DNA from: an uncultured Alphaproteobacteria bacterium
Lineage (GTDB): Bacteria; Pseudomonadota; Alphaproteobacteria; HIMB59; GCA-002718135
Direction of reading: 5' to 3'
Length of the DNA: 64,000 nucleotides
Assembly (NCBI GenBank): GCA_902612825.1
Contig: CACMET010000003.1
Coordinates: 50,536 to 114,535 of the forward strand
The notes beneath the pieces are model-generated. The model ran no database searches. It saw only the letters and a list, made by a program, of their open reading frames with translations, and was not told the origin of the DNA. A program made the translations under genes and the position numbers. How positions within the stretch are numbered: the first letter of the stretch is position 1; the number at the start of each line of letters is the position of its first letter. Positions 1 through 9,813 of this stretch are shown here, in pieces.

Positions 1-229
1 AATTAAAAATAAAATTTCTATACTCTTTTATTCTTTGCCAATTACAATAATCATCATAAAATATCTCTTGATTATTTTCTTCTTCATAAACACATTTATA
101 TTTACTTGGGTTTTTAAAATTATGCTCAACACCCTTTCTTAGTTCTTCAATCCATTTTTGATCAATAATTCTTTTTAGTAATACAACTCCATTATTCTGA
201 AACTCATTACTAGTATTTTTTTCAATCAT
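1..229 (-). CDS. Partial CDS (N-terminal 76 codons, continues beyond window start): PhyH-like 2OG/Fe(II) dioxygenase
   Basis: ATG at 229..227 directly abuts the stop of the upstream permease. My translation MIEKNTSNEFQNNGVVLLKRIIDQKWIEELRKGVEHNF... stays open to position 1. The N-terminal pattern resembles the phytanoyl-CoA dioxygenase family, but the catalytic motifs lie outside the window. Confidence 0.4.
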   Translation of the reverse strand, partial: MIEKNTSNEFQNNGVVLLKRIIDQKWIEELRKGVEHNFKNPSKYKCVYEEENNQEIFYDDYCNWQRIKEYRNFIFN

Positions 230-991
230 TTAATCTTTAATTCTATATCCTTTTGAAAATGTATATGTGATAAATATTATGCATCCAATTAGAATTGTTA
301 GGATAGTTAATGTACTTGTAAGTAGTGATACATCTGAAACTTCATAAAAACTATATCTGAAACCGCTTATTAAATATAAAACAGGATTAAGTAATGATAT
401 TTTCTGCCAAAATTCTGGAAGCATATTAATAGAGTAAAAACTTCCACCTAAAAAAACTAACGGTGTAATTATTAGAATTGGAATAATTTGTAATCCTTCA
501 AAGCCCTCGGCATACATTCCAATTATAAAGCCAAATAAAGCAAATGTAATGGATGTTAGAATTAAAAAAAACATCATGAGAAGAGGGTGATCTATTCTTA
601 CATCTACAAAAAAATTAGCTGTTAGAATAATTACACATCCAATTATTAATGATTTGGATGCTGCGGCTCCTACAAAACCAAGTACTATCTCAAATGATGA
701 TAATGGTGCAGCAAGTATTTCATAGATAGTATTTGTAAATCTTGGAAAATAAAAAGCAAAAGAAGCATTTGAAATTGATTGAGTCAAGATAGTTAACATA
801 ATCATTCCTGGTACGATATAAGAGCCATAATTTATTCCATCTATCTCTGTAATTCTTGAACCAATTGCAGACCCAAAAACTACAAAGTAAAGAGAAGTTG
901 TGATTATTGGCGAGGCAAGACTTTGAAATAAGGTTCTTCTAAACCTTTCCATTTCATGAATATATATTGCTTTAATTCCGTACCAATTCAT
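230..991 (-). CDS. ABC-2 type transporter permease (YadH-like)
   Basis: 253 aa with about 6 TM segments and an ABC-2 family layout. It overlaps the upstream ATPase gene by 20 nt. Confidence 0.85.
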   Translation of the reverse strand: MNWYGIKAIYIHEMERFRRTLFQSLASPIITTSLYFVVFGSAIGSRITEIDGINYGSYIVPGMIMLTILTQSISNASFAFYFPRFTNTIYEILAAPLSSFEIVLGFVGAAASKSLIIGCVIILTANFFVDVRIDHPLLMMFFLILTSITFALFGFIIGMYAEGFEGLQIIPILIITPLVFLGGSFYSINMLPEFWQKISLLNPVLYLISGFRYSFYEVSDVSLLTSTLTILTILIGCIIFITYTFSKGYRIKD

Positions 992-1916
992 TATTATTTT
1001 CCTTTATTAGTTTAATGAAAATCTCTTCCAGTGAACTTTGCTCAGTATTAATATCTTTTATTTCATAACCATCTTTTTTTACATCATTTAATAGTTCAGT
1101 AATATCAGTTGTGTTTGAGTTTAAATTATAGGTATGTGAGATAATTTTATTTGTTTGATCTAAAGTAAAATTATATTTTGATAAATTGCCATTTATTTTT
1201 TCTATAGGTTCAAATAATTCAATTTTAATTGTTTTTTCTCCAAGTTTTTTAATTAATTTATCTTTTTCATCGACTAAAATTATTTTACCATCGTTTATAA
1301 CTGCCACTCTATCACTTAACTCTTCAGCTTCTTCAATATAATGTGTTGTTAAAATAATTGTTACTCCATCTTCATTTAATTTTTTTACAACATCCCACAT
1401 GTCTTTTCGTAATTCAACATCCACACTAGCTGTTGGTTCATCTAAAAATAGTAATTTAGGTTGGTGAGATAAAGCTTTAGCTATCAGAACCCTTCTTTTC
1501 ATTCCACCCGATAGTTCTTTAATTTTATTATCTTTTTTGTCCCATAAGGATAGTTTTTTCAAAAGCTTTTCTATATAATTATGGTCAGGCTTCTTACCAA
1601 AAAGACCTCTAGAATAATTAACATTGTTCCAGACAGTTTCAAAAGATTCAAGATTTAATTCTTGAGGAACAATACCTGTTATTTTTCTAGTAGTTCGATA
1701 ATTTTTAATAATATCCATATTATTTATTTTTATTGTTCCTGTATTAAAATTTACAATTCCACAAATTGAGTTTATCAATGTTGATTTTCCTGCACCATTT
1801 GGTCCAAGTAGAGCAAATATTTCTCCTTCTTTAATATTAAGATTTACATTTTCTAATGCTTTAACTGAATTTTTATAAAATTTAGTTACATTATTTATCT
1901 CAAGTATATTCTTCAT
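972..1916 (-). CDS. ABC transporter ATP-binding protein (YadG-like)
   Basis: Walker A GPNGAGKST, signature LSGGMKRR, Walker B LLFLDEP. Confidence 0.9.
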   Translation of the reverse strand: MKNILEINNVTKFYKNSVKALENVNLNIKEGEIFALLGPNGAGKSTLINSICGIVNFNTGTIKINNMDIIKNYRTTRKITGIVPQELNLESFETVWNNVNYSRGLFGKKPDHNYIEKLLKKLSLWDKKDNKIKELSGGMKRRVLIAKALSHQPKLLFLDEPTASVDVELRKDMWDVVKKLNEDGVTIILTTHYIEEAEELSDRVAVINDGKIILVDEKDKLIKKLGEKTIKIELFEPIEKINGNLSKYNFTLDQTNKIISHTYNLNSNTTDITELLNDVKKDGYEIKDINTEQSSLEEIFIKLIKENNNELVRN

Positions 1917-1919
1917 AAT

Positions 1920-3098
1920 TTAAATTTTTTTAATTAGATTTGGAATATTTTGTTTAAATTTGAAATAACCTTTTTTTGAAAAAATCCAACTATTAAGATC
2001 ATATTTTCTATTAAAAATTATAAAATTAATTGATGGGTATTTTGTAATTATTTTTTTATAAATTTTTTTCCAATTTCCCTTTGTAACATAGGGTAAATAA
2101 ATTTCTTGAATTTGAAATTTTTCTATCCATTTATCTAAATTTTCAAAATAACTTTCAAAATGAATATCAATTTTAATATTTTTATAAAAATCATCATCAC
2201 TGAAACATGAAATACAAATACTTTTTATATGTTTAATTATTTTTTCAGAGAAATAGTGATCATTATAATCTTCTAGTGGCAAACCTGTAAAAACATTTAC
2301 TTTTTTATGATTTAAATCTTTTAGAATATTTAATTCATCAGTTGGTATTAAAATATATTTTATCTCTTCAAGATTATAATCAGAATTTAAATTTAGTTCA
2401 TTTACATTATAAATTTTTTCTTCAATTAAAGGATTTGCATTTTCATTTAAAATTTCATTATCTGATATTTCAATATTACTATATTTTTCTATATTACTTT
2501 TTCTTGCCAAATAATTTTTACCCTTAGTCTGTATACCGGCAACCCATCTCCATGATAGAGTATTAGATGCTGGATCGCCATCCAATAAATGTTGCATAAA
2601 AAAATCTGCTCCAAGTTGCCAAGGTAAATTAAGAGTAAAAATCCAAATTGAGGCAAACCACATTCTTACATGGTTATGCAAGTATCCATTTTCTTTAAGA
2701 TTATTTACCCAATTATTAAAAAATGATAGATTTGTATTTCCAGAAATTGCATTTAAATAAAATTTTTTATTACCAAATTCTTCAATTAATTTATTTCTAT
2801 CTTCTAAATAATCAGAATAAACCGAAGGTCTATGTTCAAGCCAGCCTTTCCAATAAGTTCTCCAATAAATTTCTTGGATAAATTTCTCACATTCTCTAGG
2901 ATCATATTTTTTTAAGACTTCCCCCAGAACTTGTTCTTCAGAAATTAGCCTATATCTTATGAAGGGAGATAATAGAGATGTAGTATTATCATTAGATCTG
3001 TCTTCACTGTAATTTCTATTTGCTTCATAATATTTTCCAGTTTTTGGCAAATAAGATAGGAGTTGCTCTTCAGCAAAGCTGATATTTGATTTTAACAT
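1920..3098 (-). CDS. Photolyase/cryptochrome superfamily protein with inverted domain order (NewPHL-type)
   Basis: The FAD-binding helical domain motifs sit in the N-terminal half (TSLLSPFIRYRLIS, EIYWRTYW, GYLHNHVRMWFASIW, LLDGDPASNTLSWRWVAG). They are followed by about 180 aa of alpha/beta-like sequence, and no N-terminal antenna domain is present. Confidence 0.7.
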   Translation of the reverse strand: MLKSNISFAEEQLLSYLPKTGKYYEANRNYSEDRSNDNTTSLLSPFIRYRLISEEQVLGEVLKKYDPRECEKFIQEIYWRTYWKGWLEHRPSVYSDYLEDRNKLIEEFGNKKFYLNAISGNTNLSFFNNWVNNLKENGYLHNHVRMWFASIWIFTLNLPWQLGADFFMQHLLDGDPASNTLSWRWVAGIQTKGKNYLARKSNIEKYSNIEISDNEILNENANPLIEEKIYNVNELNLNSDYNLEEIKYILIPTDELNILKDLNHKKVNVFTGLPLEDYNDHYFSEKIIKHIKSICISCFSDDDFYKNIKIDIHFESYFENLDKWIEKFQIQEIYLPYVTKGNWKKIYKKIITKYPSINFIIFNRKYDLNSWIFSKKGYFKFKQNIPNLIKKI

Positions 3099-3109
3099 TT
3101 TAATATTAA

Positions 3110-3496
3110 TTAATCGTCAGGTAATTTTTTAGAGCGCCTATTAAGTATTTCCATGTGACGCACTCTTAATACTACAATTGCGATTGCTAATATCAATATT
3201 GCTACAGACTCATACACATATGCAGATGGATCTACATCTTTTCTTTGCATAATTATCATTCTGGCTAGAGCTGTCATTGCAATGAAAAGAGGGTAGCTCA
3301 TTCTTATCATTTTAGAAACCCAGTATTCTTTGATCATTCCAATAATTTCAATATAAATAAATAATAAAAGAATGTCTGCAAGTGTAACTTTGTAGTTTGC
3401 AATCATACCTTGTATTTCCATTCCAATCGCTATGATTGTACAAACAATAAGTACTGACAGTACTATCTTCTCTAATAACTCAAAATAATTATTCAT
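3110..3496 (-). CDS. PsiE-like small membrane protein
   Basis: 128 aa, 4 TM; overall pattern resembles the phosphate-starvation-inducible PsiE family. Confidence 0.45.
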   Translation of the reverse strand: MNNYFELLEKIVLSVLIVCTIIAIGMEIQGMIANYKVTLADILLLFIYIEIIGMIKEYWVSKMIRMSYPLFIAMTALARMIIMQRKDVDPSAYVYESVAILILAIAIVVLRVRHMEILNRRSKKLPDD

Positions 3497-3859
3497 TTAA
3501 ATTCTTTCTAATTTATTTAGTTGATTCTTGTTTTTGTAAAATAGAATTAATGCAAAAGCTTCATAAATAACCCAAGAAATCTGATATATTATTGGTTTTC
3601 TAATAATTTTTGCCAAAAACCTGTATTTTGGTATCTCTAACCACATTTCAATAAAAGCATCAACTCCTGAAAAAACTTTATTATTTTTTTTTGTATGTAG
3701 ACGTCTTAAAAGCTCTTTTGCATTTTTATTTGTTTCTAATTTTGATTCATTTACATTGTTTATGTCCACCCACTCAATATTATTCTTAGTTTTTTTATAG
3801 TGATTGATTTCAAAACTACAAATACTGCATGATTTGTTATAAAAAACTTTTGTCTCCAT
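3497..3859 (-). CDS. DCC-family thiol-disulfide oxidoreductase (DUF393)
   Basis: N-terminal VFYNKSCSICSFEINHY (CxxC) and about 120 aa length are typical of the DCC1-like family. Confidence 0.7.
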   Translation of the reverse strand: METKVFYNKSCSICSFEINHYKKTKNNIEWVDINNVNESKLETNKNAKELLRRLHTKKNNKVFSGVDAFIEMWLEIPKYRFLAKIIRKPIIYQISWVIYEAFALILFYKNKNQLNKLERI

Positions 3860-3873
3860 AATAATTAAATAAC

Positions 3874-4668
3874 TTAAATATATTCAAATTCAATTGAACC
3901 CAATTGATTAAAATCAGCTTTAATTTTACTTTTAGGATAAATTCTAAATGCTTTAGTGCAAGATCCAGAACTAATAAACTGACCTTTTAGCATTGGCTCG
4001 CCTTTTTCTGCAAGATTGTTTATCAGCCAAAGAACTGCGTTTAATGGATTATCCAATACATTTTTTGTATTTCCAGTATCTACAATTGTGTCATTTATTA
4101 ATAAACTTACATCAAAATTGTTAAGATCTACATCTTTAATTTTAATTAAATTTTCATCACGTATCCAAAATTCTGAGGCTCCATTAGTTGATATTACATT
4201 TAATGCACCAATCTCTGATAATGGTTTTCTAAATCTAAAATCAACTATTTCAACTGAACAAAATAAACCATCTAATAAGTTATCTAAGTCTTTAAATATG
4301 AAAGGTGCTTTAGAAATATTTATATCATCTTTTATTCTGAAACTAATTTCTGGCTCAACATAGGGTTCAAAGAAATTTTTAGAATTCAATAAATTAATAT
4401 TTTTTGAACTGTATCGGTTAAATAAATTTCCATAGAAAGGTTCTTTTATATTCATTTGTTTCTGTGCAGCTTGAGAAGTGCATCCAATTTTTTTTCCAAT
4501 ACAGAAATTATCTTTCAGTTCTAAGTATCTAAGTTTTAAATTATCTTGAATCGCATAAGCTTCATTCATTGTTTGAGGTTCTAAATTTTTCAAAGAACTT
4601 AAACCAGTTTTATTTAATCTATGTTCAAATAAAATTTTTGATGCCTCTTGAATATCTTCTTTAATCAT
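3874..4668 (-). CDS. 2-keto-4-pentenoate hydratase / FAH-fold hydratase-decarboxylase family (MhpD-like)
   Basis: 264 aa with AYAIQDNL near the N-terminus and a C-terminal FAH-fold pattern. Confidence 0.65.
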   Translation of the reverse strand: MIKEDIQEASKILFEHRLNKTGLSSLKNLEPQTMNEAYAIQDNLKLRYLELKDNFCIGKKIGCTSQAAQKQMNIKEPFYGNLFNRYSSKNINLLNSKNFFEPYVEPEISFRIKDDINISKAPFIFKDLDNLLDGLFCSVEIVDFRFRKPLSEIGALNVISTNGASEFWIRDENLIKIKDVDLNNFDVSLLINDTIVDTGNTKNVLDNPLNAVLWLINNLAEKGEPMLKGQFISSGSCTKAFRIYPKSKIKADFNQLGSIEFEYI

Positions 4669-5378
4669 ACTTCAATTGCGTATTTATTAATTTCTTCATA
4701 TATGTCTAAACATTCTTTATAAATATTTTCATAAGTTTTTGGTACAATATATTCTTTAGAATTTTTGGTGTTAAAAGTAGTAGAGGAGATTACATCTTGA
4801 TACCAAACTTTAGACCAAATACCATCTGTATCTCTATAGCCTTTTGGCCAATTAAGCATATTTTGATCAAAATCTAAATTTAATTTTTGACACAAAATTT
4901 TTAAATACTTTTCAGGACTTGCTAATAAATAATCAGAGTTTATTACTATAGGCTCTTTTGAATTTAATAATTTAAAAATTTCATAAAGTTTTTTAAAACC
5001 TACATCTTGAATTGATTTTAAAGTATTTTTTTTTAAATATGAGACAATTACTTTAGCAGGATCACGGATTAAAAAGCAATTTATACCTTTGTTAATCCAA
5101 TCTAAGCGTGTTTCATCTAAAATATGATGAGTCATATGTTTTTGATAAAATATTTTATACTTATTATCTTCTTTAGTGATTAAATTAATAACCTCATCTT
5201 CATCTGTATGATAGTGATCTATAATTTCATCTTTCATTGGATGATTTAAGTTAGTTTTTCTTAAATAATATGCATAAAAAGGTTCATCATAAACTTTTGT
5301 GTCTTTTCTATTTTCAAAAGATCGCATCAATGCAGTACTAATATTTCTTGGTCCAGACCAAACGAATAAATTAATCAT
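4665..5378 (-). CDS. Sulfotransferase-like protein
   Basis: N-terminal WSGPRNISTAL resembles a 5'-PSB loop. There is a 4-nt overlap with the downstream gene. Family assignment is tentative. Confidence 0.4.
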   Translation of the reverse strand: MINLFVWSGPRNISTALMRSFENRKDTKVYDEPFYAYYLRKTNLNHPMKDEIIDHYHTDEDEVINLITKEDNKYKIFYQKHMTHHILDETRLDWINKGINCFLIRDPAKVIVSYLKKNTLKSIQDVGFKKLYEIFKLLNSKEPIVINSDYLLASPEKYLKILCQKLNLDFDQNMLNWPKGYRDTDGIWSKVWYQDVISSTTFNTKNSKEYIVPKTYENIYKECLDIYEEINKYAIEV

Positions 5379-6269
5379 TTAAAATAAATTATTATAAAAA
5401 TTAGTTAATTCTTTAGTAATAGGATTTTTCTTTAATGAGTATTTTTTTTTATTTATTTGATTTACAGGTACAATTCCTGCAAAAGACCCTGTACAAAATG
5501 CTTCATCTGCACTTAACACTTCGTTTAATTTAAAATTTTTTTCTTTTACTTTTATTTTATTTTTTTTACATAGATCTATAATTTTCTGTCTTGTAATTCC
5601 TGTAACACAATATTTCCCTGTTGAAGTAAAAACAGTATTATTTTTCACAAAGAAGAAATGAGTGCTATTATTTGTAGCAACATTTCCATTAATATCAAAC
5701 ATTAGTGCTTCATCAGCATTCTTTTTATTAGCTTCAATACATGCTAAAATACAATTTAATTTACTAAGTGAGTTTATTTGTGGATTTTGAACATTGATTG
5801 GCCCCCTAATCGTTTTTACTGTAACTAATTTTAATCCTTTCTTGTATGCTTTAATATCTGGTTTTTTATATTCAGGAATTATGATTATGGTTGGTTTGGA
5901 TATTGTAACTTTAGGTGATTGATAAGGTGTTGATTTAATGCCCCTAGAAACAATGATTCTTAAATGAACATTTGTTTTCATCTTATTTATTTTGATAGTC
6001 TTTATTAGTGCCTCTGAAATTTTTTTGCGGTTCAAATGTATTTTTAAATCAATAAGCTTTGCATCTTTGTATAACCTATCTAGATGTTCTTTTAGAAAAA
6101 CGAAATTATCATTGTGATATCTTAACGAATCCCAGATGCCATCCCCAAGCATTGTTGAAGAATCAAAAACTGATATTTTAGCATCTTTTCTTTTATAAAA
6201 TTTTCCGTTGATATAAATTTTAATATTTTTATTTCTTTTATCATCTACAAAATCATGACTTGAAACCAT
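5379..6269 (-). CDS. Class IV aminotransferase (branched-chain / D-amino-acid aminotransferase family)
   Basis: 296 aa with a fold-type IV pattern (EALMFDINGNVATNNSTHFFFV, CTGSFAGIVPV). Confidence 0.8.
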   Translation of the reverse strand: MVSSHDFVDDKRNKNIKIYINGKFYKRKDAKISVFDSSTMLGDGIWDSLRYHNDNFVFLKEHLDRLYKDAKLIDLKIHLNRKKISEALIKTIKINKMKTNVHLRIIVSRGIKSTPYQSPKVTISKPTIIIIPEYKKPDIKAYKKGLKLVTVKTIRGPINVQNPQINSLSKLNCILACIEANKKNADEALMFDINGNVATNNSTHFFFVKNNTVFTSTGKYCVTGITRQKIIDLCKKNKIKVKEKNFKLNEVLSADEAFCTGSFAGIVPVNQINKKKYSLKKNPITKELTNFYNNLF

Positions 6270-6387
6270 AATTATTTTTATCTTAATAGTAAATATTGTC
6301 TACTTATTAATTTTATTAACTTTTATTGTAAATCAAAGAGTGACATGTGATCAAATTAATATAACCAATTAGAAATTATCTTTTGTA

Positions 6388-7548
6388 ATGTTTAATAAAA
6401 ATTTTATTGTTATTTGTATTTCTTCTACAATTGCGGGTTTTCCACCTATGGCTGTAGTTTTATTAGGTGGAATAATTACATCCCAAATAATGATGAAGGA
6501 TTCATTAGCAACAGTGCCAATGACATTAATGATTATAGGTATAGCAATAAGTGCACCTATAGCATCTAGGTTTATGAGTATCTGGGGGAGGCAGAAAGGA
6601 TTTTTATTTTCATCTTTATTAAGTTGTTTAGCTCTAATTATTTGTTCGATTGCAATTTATTTGGAAAATTTTTTTATTTTTGCATTAGGTAATTTTTTAA
6701 TAGGCAGCTCACAAGCTTTTATTCATCAGTATCGATTTGCTGCGTCTGAATCAGTCAAAAAAGAATTTATTCCAAGATCTATTTCAATTATATTATTATT
6801 AGGTATAGTTTCTGCATTACTTTCATCTAATTTTGCAGAATATTTTAAAGATTTTTTTCCAAGTTATTTATTTCTTGGTAGTTATATTTTCTTATCTTTT
6901 ACAGCAATCATTCCTTTTTTTGTTCTGCTTTTTTATGAGGAAACAAAAAATACTATTAATCAAAGTAAATTTGAAATTGAAACTATTTTCAAACTTTTAA
7001 AAAATATTAAAATTATACAATCAATCGTAAGCGCTGGTCTTGGTTATTTTACAATGGCTATAATCATGACTGCTACCCCTTTACATATGCATCTTGTTAA
7101 TAAATTTACTTTGTTTGAAACAAGTATCGTAATTCAACTTCACGTCATTGGTATGTTTTTACCCTCTTTATTTTCTGGAGATTTAATTAAAAGGTTTGGA
7201 AATACAAATATTATATATGCAGGAGTAATTATTTTGTTGTTAAGTATATTAACCAATACATTCTTTGATTTCTATTATTCTTATATGTTAGGTTTAATAC
7301 TACTTGGTATTGGCTGGAATTTTTTATTTGTTTCAGGCTCGAGTTTGTTAGTTGTTTCTTATGAAGAAAAGGATAAATTTACAGCACAAGGTCTAAATGA
7401 TTTCATCGTTTTTTCTACTCAAGGCATAGGATCATTATCAGCTGGTTTTCTTTTATATTTTTCAAATTGGATAGTTATAAATCTTTTATGTGTTCCTCTA
7501 CTAATCATTGTTTTAGTAGTTTCTTTTATTTCATCAAGAAATAATTAA
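6388..7548 (+). CDS. MFS transporter
   Basis: 386 aa with about 12 TM segments. Confidence 0.7.
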   Translation: MFNKNFIVICISSTIAGFPPMAVVLLGGIITSQIMMKDSLATVPMTLMIIGIAISAPIASRFMSIWGRQKGFLFSSLLSCLALIICSIAIYLENFFIFALGNFLIGSSQAFIHQYRFAASESVKKEFIPRSISIILLLGIVSALLSSNFAEYFKDFFPSYLFLGSYIFLSFTAIIPFFVLLFYEETKNTINQSKFEIETIFKLLKNIKIIQSIVSAGLGYFTMAIIMTATPLHMHLVNKFTLFETSIVIQLHVIGMFLPSLFSGDLIKRFGNTNIIYAGVIILLLSILTNTFFDFYYSYMLGLILLGIGWNFLFVSGSSLLVVSYEEKDKFTAQGLNDFIVFSTQGIGSLSAGFLLYFSNWIVINLLCVPLLIIVLVVSFISSRNN

Positions 7549-7597
7549 ACTTGATAATTCACTTTTAAATAATAAAATTTTCACTATAGTTATTATT

Positions 7598-8458
7598 ATG
7601 AGCAATATAGGTTTTATAGGTGTTGGCTATATGGGCTATGGAATGGCTAAAAATTTATTAAAAAAACATAATGTATTTATTTTTGCTCATAAAAATAGAA
7701 AACCTATAAACAAATTAAAAAAGATTGGGGCTATAGAATTAAAATCATATAATGAAATCAAAAAACAAAAACTTGATTGTTTAATGATATGCGTAACAAA
7801 TACACCAGTAGCATTAAATGTTGCAAAAAAAATTAAACAAGAACTTGATAGTAAAACACTTATAATTGATTTAACAACGCATAACAAAAATGGTGCTGTA
7901 AAAATGGATAAAATTTTTAAATCAAAAAAAATAAGCTATAATTTTTGTGGAGTAATGGGAGGTCCAGTTCAAAGTGAGCAGGGTATATTAGGTGGAATTT
8001 ATGGAGGTAAAAAAAGTAATTTTTTAAAATGTAAAAAATTTCTTAATTCTTTTTGTAAGTCTGTTTTTAATTTTGGTGATGTATCAAAGGCATCTTCTGC
8101 AAAATTATTATCTAACTTTTTATCATTAATGACTACCACTAGTGTTATTGAATTTTTTAAATCTGCAAAAAAACTAGATATTAATATTAAACTTTTATGT
8201 GATGTTGCTAGATTGGGTTCAGGAAATTCAGGAGCTTTGGATAGAATTTCAGATAAAGCTATAAAAGGTAATTATAAAGGATATGTTTTTTCTGTAGATA
8301 ATACATACAAAGATTTAAATTATATTAATGACCTTGTTTCAGATTTACCAAATGCCAATAAACTCTCAAAAATGGCAAAATCATTTTACAAACAAGCTTC
8401 AAAAAAAGGATTTGGAGATTTACTAGTGAGTGAATTAATCGATAAGGAAAAATATTAA
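7598..8458 (+). CDS. NAD(P)-dependent 3-hydroxyisobutyrate dehydrogenase-family oxidoreductase
   Basis: N-terminal Rossmann motif IGFIGVGYMGYGMA; 286 aa. Confidence 0.8.
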   Translation: MSNIGFIGVGYMGYGMAKNLLKKHNVFIFAHKNRKPINKLKKIGAIELKSYNEIKKQKLDCLMICVTNTPVALNVAKKIKQELDSKTLIIDLTTHNKNGAVKMDKIFKSKKISYNFCGVMGGPVQSEQGILGGIYGGKKSNFLKCKKFLNSFCKSVFNFGDVSKASSAKLLSNFLSLMTTTSVIEFFKSAKKLDINIKLLCDVARLGSGNSGALDRISDKAIKGNYKGYVFSVDNTYKDLNYINDLVSDLPNANKLSKMAKSFYKQASKKGFGDLLVSELIDKEKY

Positions 8459-8461
8459 TAA

Positions 8462-8632
8462 ATGGATAAGCTTGTTCCAATTATTTATATGATTGGGGTG
8501 CTTTTATTGGTTTTACCGTCTTTCTTAAGCTCGAATAATAATCTAAAAACTTTTTTTACAAATTTATCTATTTGGGTAGCTATAGTATTGGTTGTTTTAT
8601 CTATTTACTTTGCCTACAATTATTTTTTTTGA
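8462..8632 (+). CDS. Small 2-TM membrane protein (56 aa), below the ORF-track cutoff
   Basis: The ATG lies 3 nt after the upstream stop. My translation is MDKLVPIIYMIGVLLLVLPSFLSSNNNLKTFFTNLSIWVAIVLVVLSIYFAYNYFF. It has two hydrophobic helices. Confidence 0.35.
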   Translation: MDKLVPIIYMIGVLLLVLPSFLSSNNNLKTFFTNLSIWVAIVLVVLSIYFAYNYFF

Positions 8633-8700
8633 TTCATTAAATCAAATTTAATTTATTTAGATGTAGACTAATTTAATACAAATATTTATACGAGTCATCC

Positions 8701-9810
8701 ATGCCCAATCAATTAGTAGCTAAATCAAGAAGGTTGAGAAGTACTATTTATTCTTCCAGAATTGAAAAACAGGGTGTTACCTCTTATACAATATACAATC
8801 ATATGTTACTTCCTGCAGGTTTTGAGGGAAGTCTTGAAGAAACATATAACCATTTAAAAAATTATGTTCAAATATGGGATGTAGCAGCTGAAAGACAAAT
8901 AGAAATTAAAGGTAAGGACGCTTATCAATTAGTTCAATTAATGACTTGTAGGGATTTAAGTAAGGCTAAAGAAGGTAAATGTTATTATTGTCCAATAATT
9001 GATGAAAATGGGGGAATGATTAATGATCCCGTAGTGCTTAAATTTAATAATGAAAAATGGTGGATTTCAATTGCTGATTCAGACGTAATGTTATTTGCTA
9101 AAGGTCTTGCTATAGGGAAAAATTTTGAAGTTTCTATTACTGAACCTGATGTAAATATTATGGCTGTTCAAGGTCCTAAGGCTTTTGATTTGTTAGAGAA
9201 AGTTTTTGGTAAAGAAATTTTAGAATTAAAATTTTATAATTTTAAATATTTTAATTTTAAAAATACCAAACATTTAATTGCTAGATCTGGTTGGTCAAAA
9301 CAGGGCGGAGTAGAAATTTATGTGGAAGATACTAAATCAGGTTTAGAATTATACGATTTATTATTTGAAGAAGGTAAAGAGCTTAAAGTTAAACCAGGTT
9401 GTCCTCATTTAATTGAAAGAATTGAAGGTGCTTTACTTTCTTATGGTAACGATATGGATATAAATGATAATCCATTTGAATGTGGATTAGATAAATTTGT
9501 TAATCTAGAAAATGATATTAAATTTCTTGGAAAAGAAAATTTAATTCAAATTAAAGAAAATGGAATTAATAAAAAATTAATGGGAGTAAAGATTAATATT
9601 GATAAAATTAATTTAAGATCAGCAATCCACTTAACAATTGGTGATAAAATAATTGGCGAAATTAGATCTGCAGTCTTTTCACCTACATTTAACATGGTTA
9701 TTGGAATTGCAATGATAAATAAACCATACTTTTTAACTAAAGATCAATTTGATATCATTATTAAAAATAAAAAATACAAAGGAGAAATTTGCGATATTCC
9801 ATTCGTATAA
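8701..9810 (+). CDS. dmdA: GcvT-family aminomethyltransferase, probable DMSP demethylase
   Basis: 369 aa. The N-terminal [29 protein letters not shown] and SGWSKQGG motifs, and the length, match my recollection of Pelagibacter DmdA. No alignment was run. Confidence 0.65.
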   Translation: MPNQLVAKSRRLRSTIYSSRIEKQGVTSYTIYNHMLLPAGFEGSLEETYNHLKNYVQIWDVAAERQIEIKGKDAYQLVQLMTCRDLSKAKEGKCYYCPIIDENGGMINDPVVLKFNNEKWWISIADSDVMLFAKGLAIGKNFEVSITEPDVNIMAVQGPKAFDLLEKVFGKEILELKFYNFKYFNFKNTKHLIARSGWSKQGGVEIYVEDTKSGLELYDLLFEEGKELKVKPGCPHLIERIEGALLSYGNDMDINDNPFECGLDKFVNLENDIKFLGKENLIQIKENGINKKLMGVKINIDKINLRSAIHLTIGDKIIGEIRSAVFSPTFNMVIGIAMINKPYFLTKDQFDIIIKNKKYKGEICDIPFV

Positions 9811-9813
9811 CCT

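Noticed and set aside
2342-2527. Antisense or alternative-frame ORFs from the track (2342..2527, 4016..4363, 7687..7887, 13838..14155, 16847..17101, 17471..17668, 18184..18369, 22176..22361, 36988..37242, 41304..41573, 41312..41494, 45076..45342, 48994..49209, 51833..52060, 56590..56799, 56632..56817, 60707..60889)
   Set aside because: Most are nested in a longer ORF with clear family motifs on the other strand or in another frame. 36988..37242 overlaps only the weak 36897..37214 call. 16847..17101 and 41304..41573 span gene boundaries rather than being nested. None has an SD or a recognisable domain.
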